Assembly: GCA_903881065.1 (NCBI GenBank)
Contig: CAIRRW010000506.1
Location: 1-34,108, forward strand
Direction of reading: 5' to 3'
Length of the DNA stretch: 34,108 nucleotides
Origin: an uncultured Bacteroidota bacterium
GTDB taxonomy: Bacteria; Bacteroidota; Bacteroidia; 2-12-FULL-35-15
In this document: one piece after another, positions 22,634 to 31,880 of the stretch
How the letters are laid out: each line of letters opens with the position of its first letter
How positions within the stretch are numbered: the first letter of the stretch is position 1
Made by a program: the position numbers and the translations under genes
Notes under the pieces: generated by a model
Seen by the model: only the letters and a program-made list of their open reading frames with translations
What the model was told of the DNA's origin: nothing
The model's database searches: none

Positions 22634-24316
22634 TTAATAATTTATCTCGTACAGATAAGCAGGTTCGTCAGTTCCTTCCGTTTTCAGAAGTTTCAATTTT
22701 TCAGGATATTTCTGAACTACAGGTCCAAGCATTCGTTGAATAGTATTAATAATTCGTCCGTTGTTTTTCTTTGGATTCTGACGCAGGTTAGGCATTATAA
22801 CGTATTTCACATTTTCTTTTTTCCAATCCATCAGCACCGTATCTGCATTCTCGGAATTTACAATATACTGACCAACAAACTTTTTGCCCTTACCATATAT
22901 AAAACTCATGTTAGGTTTGCGCGATAATACCTGTGCATCTTTCGGCAAGCTGTCGGCACAGTACTTACTAAGTTTAAGGAAATTTTCCCAATCAGGAGTG
23001 TATCCATAATACATATCTCCACTCATATTTTTCTTTAATGCAACGAAATTTTGTTTCGCATTAATACTTGATTTACCTAAGGAAATAACCAGCATAACGA
23101 TTGAAAACGCGATGAAGAAAAATTGTAATGTCGAATTTCGTTTTGCAAATTCATACATTCCATAAAATAGTACCAGAAAAATAAGGGGAATGGCAATTAT
23201 AATTAATCGCGACTGCATGTTGTTTGCCTGAACACCAAAAAATACGCCACCTACAAGAGCAATCAGATAAATGCTAGAGAAGAAAATAAATTTATTTTTC
23301 TTGTAACTAAAGAATGTAAATACCGCAAGAATTATTGTAGATACAAATGAAAGTGCAGGTAAAGGAGTAATTGTTTCACCATCTAGAACCTCTATGCTGC
23401 CAATCAACCGGAGGTTAAAAATTCGATACATATGATAGGAAACGTACGTATTAAAATTAGCGAAGAAGCGGTCTATCATTCCACCCATATCTTCATGTCC
23501 ACCTTCTGGTTTATACAAGTCTTTTCGTAACATTAGTTCCAGTTGATTTGAATCATTGGCTCCATACATTGAAGTGGTAATTAACTGGTAGATGCCACGG
23601 AATACAAGGTAAGCGGCGAGTGCATAAACGATTTGCTTATAGTTTTTATTTAATAAGAAGTAGAGTAAAACCCCTGCAATGGTAACAAAAGCAATACTCT
23701 TGGAAATAGTTAATACAACAAACATCAATCCGAACAGCAGCCATAATTTATAGTTCTCCTTGAAACCTTCTGCCCATCCTGCTTTCTCGTTGATGTTGTC
23801 AATAATATTAAAGGTGATGTACAAACAGATAGATTGAACAAATAGAAAAAATGTTTCGGTATAGGTCTGACTGGCATAATACTGAACGAAATTATTCACA
23901 GAAATAAATGCAATCAACGCGAAAAGAACAGTATATGGTATGCGTTTGCGGAAAGTGAGATACGTTACCCATACAAAACCGAACTGACAAAGAACAGATA
24001 GAAATTTAAGAGCAACAATATTTAATCCGAATATTCTCATGAAAAAAGAAAGTATCACAGGATAACCTGGCCCTTGAAAATAAGGGAACTTGCCTTCGTT
24101 TATCAACGACCATGCTCGTTCAATATAACTGGAATCATCCCCACCTAATGACACTTTGGAATCGAACAAAAGCAAAGTAAATAATGTAGAAAGAAATAAT
24201 ATTGAGTAAAATACTTTCTTGTCCCTGGCTTCTAGCCATTTATTTAAATTGTCCAGCATACCTGTCTTAACTGGTTGCGAATTTTTCTTATTTGCGGGTT
24301 GATTCTTTTTAGACAT
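22634..24316 (-). CDS. Polytopic membrane protein, probable GT-C (ArnT/PMT-like) glycosyltransferase
   Basis: GGDDSSY after first TM, PGYPVILS, YTETFFLF, SRLIIIAIP, and a small C-terminal soluble domain (VLSRKP...VKYVI). Confidence 0.65.
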   Translation of the reverse strand: MSKKNQPANKKNSQPVKTGMLDNLNKWLEARDKKVFYSILFLSTLFTLLLFDSKVSLGGDDSSYIERAWSLINEGKFPYFQGPGYPVILSFFMRIFGLNIVALKFLSVLCQFGFVWVTYLTFRKRIPYTVLFALIAFISVNNFVQYYASQTYTETFFLFVQSICLYITFNIIDNINEKAGWAEGFKENYKLWLLFGLMFVVLTISKSIAFVTIAGVLLYFLLNKNYKQIVYALAAYLVFRGIYQLITTSMYGANDSNQLELMLRKDLYKPEGGHEDMGGMIDRFFANFNTYVSYHMYRIFNLRLIGSIEVLDGETITPLPALSFVSTIILAVFTFFSYKKNKFIFFSSIYLIALVGGVFFGVQANNMQSRLIIIAIPLIFLVLFYGMYEFAKRNSTLQFFFIAFSIVMLVISLGKSSINAKQNFVALKKNMSGDMYYGYTPDWENFLKLSKYCADSLPKDAQVLSRKPNMSFIYGKGKKFVGQYIVNSENADTVLMDWKKENVKYVIMPNLRQNPKKNNGRIINTIQRMLGPVVQKYPEKLKLLKTEGTDEPAYLYEINY

Positions 24317-24383
24317 AATTAATTTGTTTGATGGTTTAAAATTAGAGAAAAAAAGGATAGTGGGAAATATTAAAGTAAAATAG

Positions 24384-24439
24384 AACCTCTCACTTTTATT
24401 CTGCTGTCATAAATTATTGCAGAATGAAAATGAGAGGTT
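24384..24439 (-). terminator. Long hairpin downstream of the PqqD/ATP-grasp operon; probable terminator
   Basis: aacctctca-c-ttttattctgc ... gcagaatgaaaa-tgagaggtt; T-rich sequence follows on the minus strand. Confidence 0.55.
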
Positions 24440-24584
24440 TAAATAAAGTGTTCTGAAAATATAATTGGCTATTATATTCTGAAGAAATACTATGTGGTGT
24501 TTAACTAAATTCTATAATACTTATATTTTTAAAAAGTACTTTATTTAAAACCTTATCAGGAATGAATAATTAAATATCGATTTT

Positions 24585-25667
24585 CTATTTTATCAATGCC
24601 AATCCTTGCAATGCTGATGTATCACCAGGAGCAAGCATTAATACTTTATTAAACAAGAGTTTAGCTTCTGCTGTTTTGCCTGTTTTGAAATTTGCCCATG
24701 CGTATAATATTAAACCATCGTAACTAAAAGGATATAGATTTACTACTTTCTCGAGATATTGATAAGCAGCGGAATAATCGTTTTTTGAATAATAATAAGA
24801 TCCAAGACCATAATTCGCAAAACTATTTTGAGGATTTATTTCAACAATTTTCTTGTTTTGTTTGCTTATTTCATCATAGTTACCTAATGCACCTAGCGGA
24901 TAATTGATGCCAAAGCGAGGTTCAATAGAATTTGGCTTTAAGTCAATTGCTATCTGATAATATTTAATCGCCTCCTTATTAAGCCCTGAAAGGTAATTTA
25001 ACCATCCCATACGCAAGTTAACATCATAATATTTAAGATCGTAAATGTCTTTTATTGAAGTTATAGCGGAAGCATAATCTTTTTTATATTCAAAATCATA
25101 ACTTTTCGCAAATGCAGCAATTACTTTATCGCTTTGCTTCTCCGACTTGTTTATCTGTTGCCAGGTGTCTCTTAAATAAGGCTCATAACCGGAAGGATAT
25201 AAACTAATTATCTTCTCGAATTGTTTTTTGGCTAGGTCATAGTTCTTTTTGTTGTAATAAATATAGCCTAACTGATAGTTGGAATTAACATCAAGCGGAT
25301 CAACTTCCAATATTTTTTTATAAACTACTTCTAATTCATCCATTTGATTTTGTGCATAAACAGGATAAATGAGTCCAGTTTTTGCTTCAATGGAATAAGG
25401 CATTAATTTAACAGCATTTTGGTAATAAGTAGCAGACTCCTTATTCTTTCCTGCTTTATAGTACAACCAGCCCAACCGAAGATTCTCTTCGTAAGAAGTA
25501 GTTTCATAACTATCCATAAGCGCTTTTATTGCGCCATCATAATCTTTATTTTTTTCAGCTGCATAACTTTTAGAAAAAGCACTTGCCAACTTAACATTTT
25601 GAGCAAACGAATTGTTGATACTCAATAAGAGGATACCTCCGATAATAATTTGTTTGATTTTTTTCAT
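24585..25667 (-). CDS. Secreted TPR protein with an internal ~155-aa tandem duplication
   Basis: Signal peptide ending SFA-Q; TPR patterns (NLRLGWLYY, NYQLGYIYY); AFSKSY at aa 30 recurs as AFAKSY at aa 185. Confidence 0.85.
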   Translation of the reverse strand: MKKIKQIIIGGILLLSINNSFAQNVKLASAFSKSYAAEKNKDYDGAIKALMDSYETTSYEENLRLGWLYYKAGKNKESATYYQNAVKLMPYSIEAKTGLIYPVYAQNQMDELEVVYKKILEVDPLDVNSNYQLGYIYYNKKNYDLAKKQFEKIISLYPSGYEPYLRDTWQQINKSEKQSDKVIAAFAKSYDFEYKKDYASAITSIKDIYDLKYYDVNLRMGWLNYLSGLNKEAIKYYQIAIDLKPNSIEPRFGINYPLGALGNYDEISKQNKKIVEINPQNSFANYGLGSYYYSKNDYSAAYQYLEKVVNLYPFSYDGLILYAWANFKTGKTAEAKLLFNKVLMLAPGDTSALQGLALIK

Positions 25668-25684
25668 GATTCTAATTGAAGGGT

Positions 25685-27217
25685 TTATTTATTTGTAAAT
25701 TTATTAAAGTTTTTAATTCGTATTCCAATAAAAAAACTGTTGTAATAATAATTAAGTGTTACAGGTAAATTTGTTCGTTTATCTGCAGGAACGGGCAAAG
25801 TAGTTAAATTGTTTTCATAGGTGTAAATTGCAAAAAAGTCAAGATGCTTTCCTGCAGGAATATTGCCAATAATTGAAAGTCGAGAAAGTGTTTTATCTGA
25901 TGAATTATTTATGAAAAGTCCGTTCCCTTCAATAATATTATTATTTGTATCGTCTTTTTGTTTATCATTAAAATCAACCAAATAGTTTAATGTAAACGAA
26001 ATCTTACTAGTAGGCATAAATGTAATATAAGGTGATATTGCTGCCCTTCCTTCAGCCGAATCAATAGTATAAACATAGTGTGCATCACATCCAATTACAA
26101 GTCGGTTATTACCAAATGGGGCATAGGATATAGAAAGAGTACTCTGTACCCTCTTAGTGTTGTTAATATTTGAAAAAGTATTTCCAAGAGCTAAAGATAG
26201 ATTGGAAATGTATTTCGAGACAGTAAATGCCTCAACAAAATAACTACTATGTGAGGTTGATTGTGAACTTAGTAATTTTGGGTTGAATGGTACTTCTACA
26301 ACTGTAGGAGGACCCATAGGAGGATGACCAATAATAGTACCAAATACAGTATTTTCTGTTTTGTGAAGAATATTACTACTAATATAATGTACTGCTGGTG
26401 ATATACTCCAATTTTTTTTTAAAGGAATATTTGCTCCCAGATAATATTGATATTGATTGGTAATATCGTCATTATTATTTATTATTGGTGCAGAAAAATG
26501 GTTGGTTGAATTCACTGGAAAAGGAGGAGGGTCGTGTAAATCAAAAGTTTTAAAGCCATGATTATAATGCGAACTTTCCTGATTAAAATAGGTAAAGGCA
26601 TGAAATAAATAAATCCTATTCTTTACGTAATGCCCCAAAGCAACCTGAAAATACTTGGCGGTGGAATAATGGATTGAATCAGTTTTATTTACAGTAATTG
26701 AATCATTATTGCGAATATTATTTAATTGTTCAGGATGTGGGTTTTCTAAATAAGATGAACTTGGCTGTTTAACACCACCACTCATCTGTATTAAAGCTAG
26801 TGATGATATTTTATCTATTCCTGTTTTAGCTATCAACTCGGTATCAAATGACTTACTTAGAACTCGCGCATCAACATATCTGCCTGAATAAATATAACAA
26901 TAGTATAGATATTCTTTCGAAAGATTATCACCTGAATAAAACGTTAAAGCCTTCTGAAATTGTTTAGTGGCAAACAGATATTTTTTTTTCTCATAATAAG
27001 CAATCCCGAGTCTCAAACGCAAATAGTAATAATCAAAATCCTTTTTTATTGCTTTGTTAGAGAAGGTAATAAGTTCGTTCCAATTCTTGTCAATATAAAG
27101 CTGATAAGATTTTTTTTCAACAAAGGCCGTATTTAGTGTGTCTTGGGCATAAGTTTTCCCTAAAGTAAAAATGAAAAGTAAGATAATTATTCTCCGATAT
27201 TTTCCGCTGAAATCCAT
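25685..27217 (-). CDS. Exported protein with N-terminal TPRs and probable C-terminal outer-membrane beta-barrel
   Basis: Signal peptide ending TYA-Q; YYYLRLRLGIAYYEKKKY TPR; later alternating aromatic/polar strands (YQYYLGANIPL, WSISPAVHY, LDFFAIYTY, FFIGIRI). Confidence 0.65.
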   Translation of the reverse strand: MDFSGKYRRIIILLFIFTLGKTYAQDTLNTAFVEKKSYQLYIDKNWNELITFSNKAIKKDFDYYYLRLRLGIAYYEKKKYLFATKQFQKALTFYSGDNLSKEYLYYCYIYSGRYVDARVLSKSFDTELIAKTGIDKISSLALIQMSGGVKQPSSSYLENPHPEQLNNIRNNDSITVNKTDSIHYSTAKYFQVALGHYVKNRIYLFHAFTYFNQESSHYNHGFKTFDLHDPPPFPVNSTNHFSAPIINNNDDITNQYQYYLGANIPLKKNWSISPAVHYISSNILHKTENTVFGTIIGHPPMGPPTVVEVPFNPKLLSSQSTSHSSYFVEAFTVSKYISNLSLALGNTFSNINNTKRVQSTLSISYAPFGNNRLVIGCDAHYVYTIDSAEGRAAISPYITFMPTSKISFTLNYLVDFNDKQKDDTNNNIIEGNGLFINNSSDKTLSRLSIIGNIPAGKHLDFFAIYTYENNLTTLPVPADKRTNLPVTLNYYYNSFFIGIRIKNFNKFTNK

Positions 27218-29385
27218 TTATCTTTTTCCTTAATTGTAAACTTTGATATTCTATTGTTAGATAATTCCAACTCGAAATTAATTTCTCTGTTATTTCCTCC
27301 TACAGCTTTGGCAATAGCGTTAGAAGCAATCTTTATTTTTGTAGGGTGTTGATAGTCGTCAATTTCTTTAAATGTGGATGAGTATTTTGCTTTTAGGAAT
27401 ATAGAGAATGGTGCAATAAAATCCTGCAGTGTTTTTATAATGCCAGGATAGAATCCGCTTATCGGTAAAGCATCAGTTACCTTCATTTCGTGGAAATAGC
27501 TCAATAAAACTTTATGTGTTCCCAAGTAGAAATAATAAAGTAAAGAGTCAGTATCACCTTTAAATGAAGTAAAATAATGCAGTGTTTCATTATTCACAAA
27601 ATAAGCAATTGATTTTGTTTGGTGACAATACATATAAGTTAGGTTTGCCGAATCGACAAATACTTCCCATTTCACTTTTGATTTCTTATCACCATTCGTC
27701 ACTTCAAACTCCATAACCATTCCTGGTGTAAAATGAAATGCTTGAGTCAATAATGGAGTAGGAGTAGTCCTGAATATTTGCTGACCCTCCAAAGGATAAT
27801 CGAAGGAATGAAATTCGTATTTATTATTTTGTTTTGATACATAATATGCAATAGGATATTTCAATGTCTTCGCCCCAACAAACTCAGTTGACTGAAGTTG
27901 GAAATGAATATGCGGTTCAGGCGAACGGCCTGAATTACCACAATTAGCAAGGATATCACCTTTCTTTACATAATCTCCAATTTTAACTTTAAAACTATTT
28001 GCTTTAATATGACTTATCTTGCTGAAAAAATAATCACCATGTTTTATTACTATTGAATTGCCCCAGTTTTCTCCAAGATTCACATCTCCAATAGCATTAT
28101 CTTCTATTCCATCCACAAGGTTAATAATGTAACCTGCACAAGGAGCGAGGATCGGCAATGAATAACAAAAGAAATCTGAAACTTCTTTTCCTGGAAGTTT
28201 AAATGTTTTTTGTGTTTCATCTGTTACTACAAAGTCCCAAGCGTAGCGATAATCTTCCTTGTGAGTTATTTCTCCTTCATGCGCCTGCGATACAAACCAT
28301 TGTCCATAAAAAGGAAGATGAATATGAAAATAAGTGTCATTTTTAAATCGCTCCAAACTATTAGTATAGGCATATAAATTCTTTTCAGGGGAAAACTGCT
28401 GGTATTGAACAAGGTTAAGTTTGTGCACGAAATACCTATTGTTCAATGTGAATATTATTAAAATAACTACTAGTGAAAAAGGAAGAGAATATAATGGCAA
28501 TTGAAAAACTCCAATCATATTTCCTAACGCACTTATCATTAACCCTACCAAAGGAACAGATATTAATGCCCATAAATAGGAGCGAGTAGAAGCAATTAAA
28601 AAATATCCACCGATGGCAATTGCAGATAAAATATAATTAAAACCTATATAACTATATTCCAGTTCAGATAAATTCCCTTTGACAAAATAGCAAAACAGAT
28701 AACCGGTAAAGAAGCCTACAATAGAAAGTGAAAATGCAATGCGCGAGTATATAAATAATCCAATCATTATTAATAACCCTGATATAATATTGTATTGAAA
28801 GAAGATTGCTCCTAATGATTTTAGATATACTTCAGCAAGTAATGGGAATTTCCAAGAGTTTGTTTTTTCATAAATATTAACGAGTGTCGCTCCTCCAATA
28901 TTCCATAATTCATTGAAAGAATAAATGCTTCTTTCACTTAATTGTAATGCTCCAAAACTTCGTGAACACAGAAGAATCATCCAAATGCCTATTATGAAAG
29001 GCAAACTTAAAAATGGAACTTTATAAGCTGAAAATACGGATGCAATTGAAACAGTAAGAATAAGTGTTAGGAAAGAAGCGATTAGTAGCATCACGAAAAA
29101 TGGTATGGTACAATGGAAAAATATTCCCATCGCAAGACCAGTAAGTAATGAATTGTAGCTGTATGTTCCACTTCGGATTATAATTGGATTAAGACCTAAT
29201 AGTTTTGCGAAAAAGATAGAAGAAAGTGCACAGATAATCCCGCTTAATCCGGTAAAAGGATCAATAAAAGAGGCAGCAATAACAAAAAGTGCAAGCCAAA
29301 TGTTGTTCGAAAACAACATTTGGCTGTAACTATTTGTTATACTATCTCTATAAAACTTTACCTGCTCTTTTACGCTACCCTGCAC
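27187..29385 (-). CDS. Urea-transporter-family-like membrane domain fused to an M23 (DD-metalloendopeptidase) domain and a C-terminal unknown domain
   Basis: Two-repeat membrane half: SYSQMLF..N / SGTYSYNSLL / PFLSLPF and SLGAIFFQYN / GFNYIL / PLYSLPF. M23 motifs TH...YAWDF, PILAPCAG, WGNSIVIKH, SHI, GNSGRSPEPHIHFQ. GTG start 3 nt after the upstream stop. Confidence 0.8.
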   Translation of the reverse strand: MQGSVKEQVKFYRDSITNSYSQMLFSNNIWLALFVIAASFIDPFTGLSGIICALSSIFFAKLLGLNPIIIRSGTYSYNSLLTGLAMGIFFHCTIPFFVMLLIASFLTLILTVSIASVFSAYKVPFLSLPFIIGIWMILLCSRSFGALQLSERSIYSFNELWNIGGATLVNIYEKTNSWKFPLLAEVYLKSLGAIFFQYNIISGLLIMIGLFIYSRIAFSLSIVGFFTGYLFCYFVKGNLSELEYSYIGFNYILSAIAIGGYFLIASTRSYLWALISVPLVGLMISALGNMIGVFQLPLYSLPFSLVVILIIFTLNNRYFVHKLNLVQYQQFSPEKNLYAYTNSLERFKNDTYFHIHLPFYGQWFVSQAHEGEITHKEDYRYAWDFVVTDETQKTFKLPGKEVSDFFCYSLPILAPCAGYIINLVDGIEDNAIGDVNLGENWGNSIVIKHGDYFFSKISHIKANSFKVKIGDYVKKGDILANCGNSGRSPEPHIHFQLQSTEFVGAKTLKYPIAYYVSKQNNKYEFHSFDYPLEGQQIFRTTPTPLLTQAFHFTPGMVMEFEVTNGDKKSKVKWEVFVDSANLTYMYCHQTKSIAYFVNNETLHYFTSFKGDTDSLLYYFYLGTHKVLLSYFHEMKVTDALPISGFYPGIIKTLQDFIAPFSIFLKAKYSSTFKEIDDYQHPTKIKIASNAIAKAVGGNNREINFELELSNNRISKFTIKEKDKWISAENIGE

Positions 29386-29388
29386 AAT

Positions 29389-30747
29389 TTATAATTTGAA
29401 ATCTTTTAAATATTTTGGCGTTACTTCGTCTCCCTGAATACTATTTAATGTTTCTCGGTTCCTTATAATATGAGCTTTTTCTTCCATATCAATCATTATA
29501 ATTGCCGGTCGCAATGCAATAAACTGCATCCATTGTGTCATATTATACGCTCCCACTGTATGCACTACCACATGGTCATCTCGTTTTAATGGTGGCAAGG
29601 TAATGTTTTCACGAATAACATCAATATTCATACACAATGGGCCATACAATACAGCGTCTTCGGTATATTGGCTAAACTCCTGTGCCGGACTAACTTTATG
29701 GTCATACCAGAAAGAAGTGAATAAAATATTTACTCCGAAATCCATAATTGTTGCACGTCTTCCATCTGCTAATCGTTTGTTCGAGATAACTGTTCCTAAC
29801 AATGATCCTGCTTCATCTATTAACGCCCGTCCTGTTTCAAGTATTAATAAAGGTAACTCGTTCTCAACAAAACCTGCATTTAAAATCGCTGTAGTTATTG
29901 CTTCAGCAAACTGATCAAAGGATGGAGAAGAGTCCGCACCTTGTAAATACGAGCCTTTTAGCGTGTTTTTAGATGCAAAACCTCCACCCATATCAATGTA
30001 TTCAACATTCTTTTTATATTTCTTTTTGATGCTTAAAGCAAGTTCCGAAAGTTTGGAAGCTGCCACACCGTAAGCACTAGGAGCCAACATAAATGTTCCT
30101 ATATGTGAATGCAAGCCTACTAAATCCATAGTGTCATTCAACATTATTTTGTTGATGGCATCCCAAGCCTGTCCATTCTCATAGTTGAAACCAAATCTGT
30201 CCCACATCGGATATACTCCAGTGTCCATATTCACTCGTATTGCTACTCTAGGTCGCTTTTTGGCATTTGTTGCCAACTCTTTTATCAAATATAATTCATC
30301 TAAATGATCAATATGAATCAATGAATTATTCTCAATAGCAAGTTTTAATTCTGCTTCTGTTTTATCTGGACCGTTAAAAATAATCTTATTTCCCGGTACC
30401 CCATTATGTAAAGCTTTGTTGTATTCAAAACCCGATACAACCTCCGCCCACGAACCTTCTTGGTGAAATACATTACAAACTGCATTGTTGTAATTCGTTT
30501 TGTACGACCAGGCAAACTGCACTTTAGGATAACGTGTTTTAAACGCTCTATTCGCATCTCTTAAAGTCCTGCGGATGGTCTTTTCGGAGATTACAAATAA
30601 TGGTGAACCATATTTATTTATAAGTTCTTCTACCGAATTCCCATCAATATGAGTTACCGGTGCGTATTCAGTTTTCTTTCCGAATTTGTTCATTACCCCA
30701 ACGTTCAAACGTTGTATTACGGGGCGTTCATACTGTAGTCTTTTCAT
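29389..30747 (-). CDS. Fold-type III PLP-dependent decarboxylase (LysA/ODC superfamily), substrate probably not DAP, with N-terminal extension
   Basis: YGSPLFV, WSYKTN (PLP Lys), IIFNGPDK, HSHIG, DMGGGF, ETGR, GPLC, VGAY. ATG 30747 preferred over TTG 30771. Confidence 0.88.
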   Translation of the reverse strand: MKRLQYERPVIQRLNVGVMNKFGKKTEYAPVTHIDGNSVEELINKYGSPLFVISEKTIRRTLRDANRAFKTRYPKVQFAWSYKTNYNNAVCNVFHQEGSWAEVVSGFEYNKALHNGVPGNKIIFNGPDKTEAELKLAIENNSLIHIDHLDELYLIKELATNAKKRPRVAIRVNMDTGVYPMWDRFGFNYENGQAWDAINKIMLNDTMDLVGLHSHIGTFMLAPSAYGVAASKLSELALSIKKKYKKNVEYIDMGGGFASKNTLKGSYLQGADSSPSFDQFAEAITTAILNAGFVENELPLLILETGRALIDEAGSLLGTVISNKRLADGRRATIMDFGVNILFTSFWYDHKVSPAQEFSQYTEDAVLYGPLCMNIDVIRENITLPPLKRDDHVVVHTVGAYNMTQWMQFIALRPAIIMIDMEEKAHIIRNRETLNSIQGDEVTPKYLKDFKL

Positions 30748-30830
30748 ATTCTGTATTGTTATATTGTTCAATGGTTATATTGTTGTTGTGTCACTTGATT
30801 TTCAAATTAGCACATTCAAAAATTTAATCT

Positions 30831-31880
30831 CTATAATTCTCCTAAAGTTGAAATCTTTTCAAACTCTTCTAACTCTACAATTAAATCGTATGAATATCTA
30901 ACAAATAATTTACCCACATCATACTTTTTAAAAGGTTTTACATCTTCACCTAATGCCAGACTTACCAATGCTTCCGGATGGTTTTGTCCACAACCTACTG
31001 CCAGGTAAACCCATGCTGGGAAACGAGGATTAATCTCCAACAAATAATAATCACCTTCATTGGTTTTAATAATCTCTAGTTCCATACCACCTCTCCATTT
31101 ACAGCCTTTAAAAAGCTTTTTCGTCATATCCAGCAAGTTTTTATCATCCAGTGATATACCTGACCATGCTTTCCCTTTGTCTGTAATGTACTGTTTACGC
31201 ATCGGTACAGCACCTATCACATTTCCTTTGCCGTCTCCTATGGCTGTTACATTTACTTCCTGGCCATATACCATTTCCTGAATGATAATTGGCAAGCCCC
31301 ATTTAGCGCTTATCTTATTGAAATAAGTGGCAGCTTGTTCAGGTGTATAAGCAATCGAAGCATCATAAAATTTACCTTTAACAACTAATGGATAAGTAAA
31401 TTCATCTTTAAGTGCAGGTATTTCAGCAGTACTGAAAATCATTTTTCCATACGGAACTTTAATGCCGTGTTTCCTTCCATACTCCGAAAGATTTGCTTTG
31501 TGACGCTCCTCAAACTGTTCCAAAGTAGGTAGAAATGTTTTTATCTTCATTTCCTTTTTTAACGTATCCGCCAACGTGATAAAATTATAAAGCTCAGCAT
31601 CAAAGTTTGGAATCAATACATCAATCTTTTCTTTTTCATGTATATATTTCAATCGTGTAAGCAATGCAGCCTTTCCTGTCGATGGAAATGGAATCTGGTA
31701 TGTTTTGTCAACAAGATCATGCATATAAATACCCGGCTCCAATGTCTCATACGAAAGCCCAATGATGCGTACATCATATAGTTTACTTTCTTTCAATGCA
31801 CGTATTACCGGCACTCCCGGGCCGGGACTGTCAATGGCATTTAAGCCGGTAACAGCTACATTAATCTTTTTTCTTTTCAT
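30831..31880 (-). CDS. ATP-grasp ligase (stand-alone, CarB-like single domain)
   Basis: VAVTG...GPGVPVIRAL pre-ATP-grasp start, IDVLIP, YPLVVKG, IIIQEMVYGQE, MELE, YLLEINPRF. Confidence 0.9.
   Translation of the reverse strand: MKRKKINVAVTGLNAIDSPGPGVPVIRALKESKLYDVRIIGLSYETLEPGIYMHDLVDKTYQIPFPSTGKAALLTRLKYIHEKEKIDVLIPNFDAELYNFITLADTLKKEMKIKTFLPTLEQFEERHKANLSEYGRKHGIKVPYGKMIFSTAEIPALKDEFTYPLVVKGKFYDASIAYTPEQAATYFNKISAKWGLPIIIQEMVYGQEVNVTAIGDGKGNVIGAVPMRKQYITDKGKAWSGISLDDKNLLDMTKKLFKGCKWRGGMELEIIKTNEGDYYLLEINPRFPAWVYLAVGCGQNHPEALVSLALGEDVKPFKKYDVGKLFVRYSYDLIVELEEFEKISTLGEL

Noticed and set aside
24317-24584. Hidden RiPP precursor ORF downstream of the operon (also checked 32122-32209 and 30748-30830)
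   Set aside because: On the operon strand I found only a 4-codon ATG frame near 24410; no leader-like peptide seen by eye.
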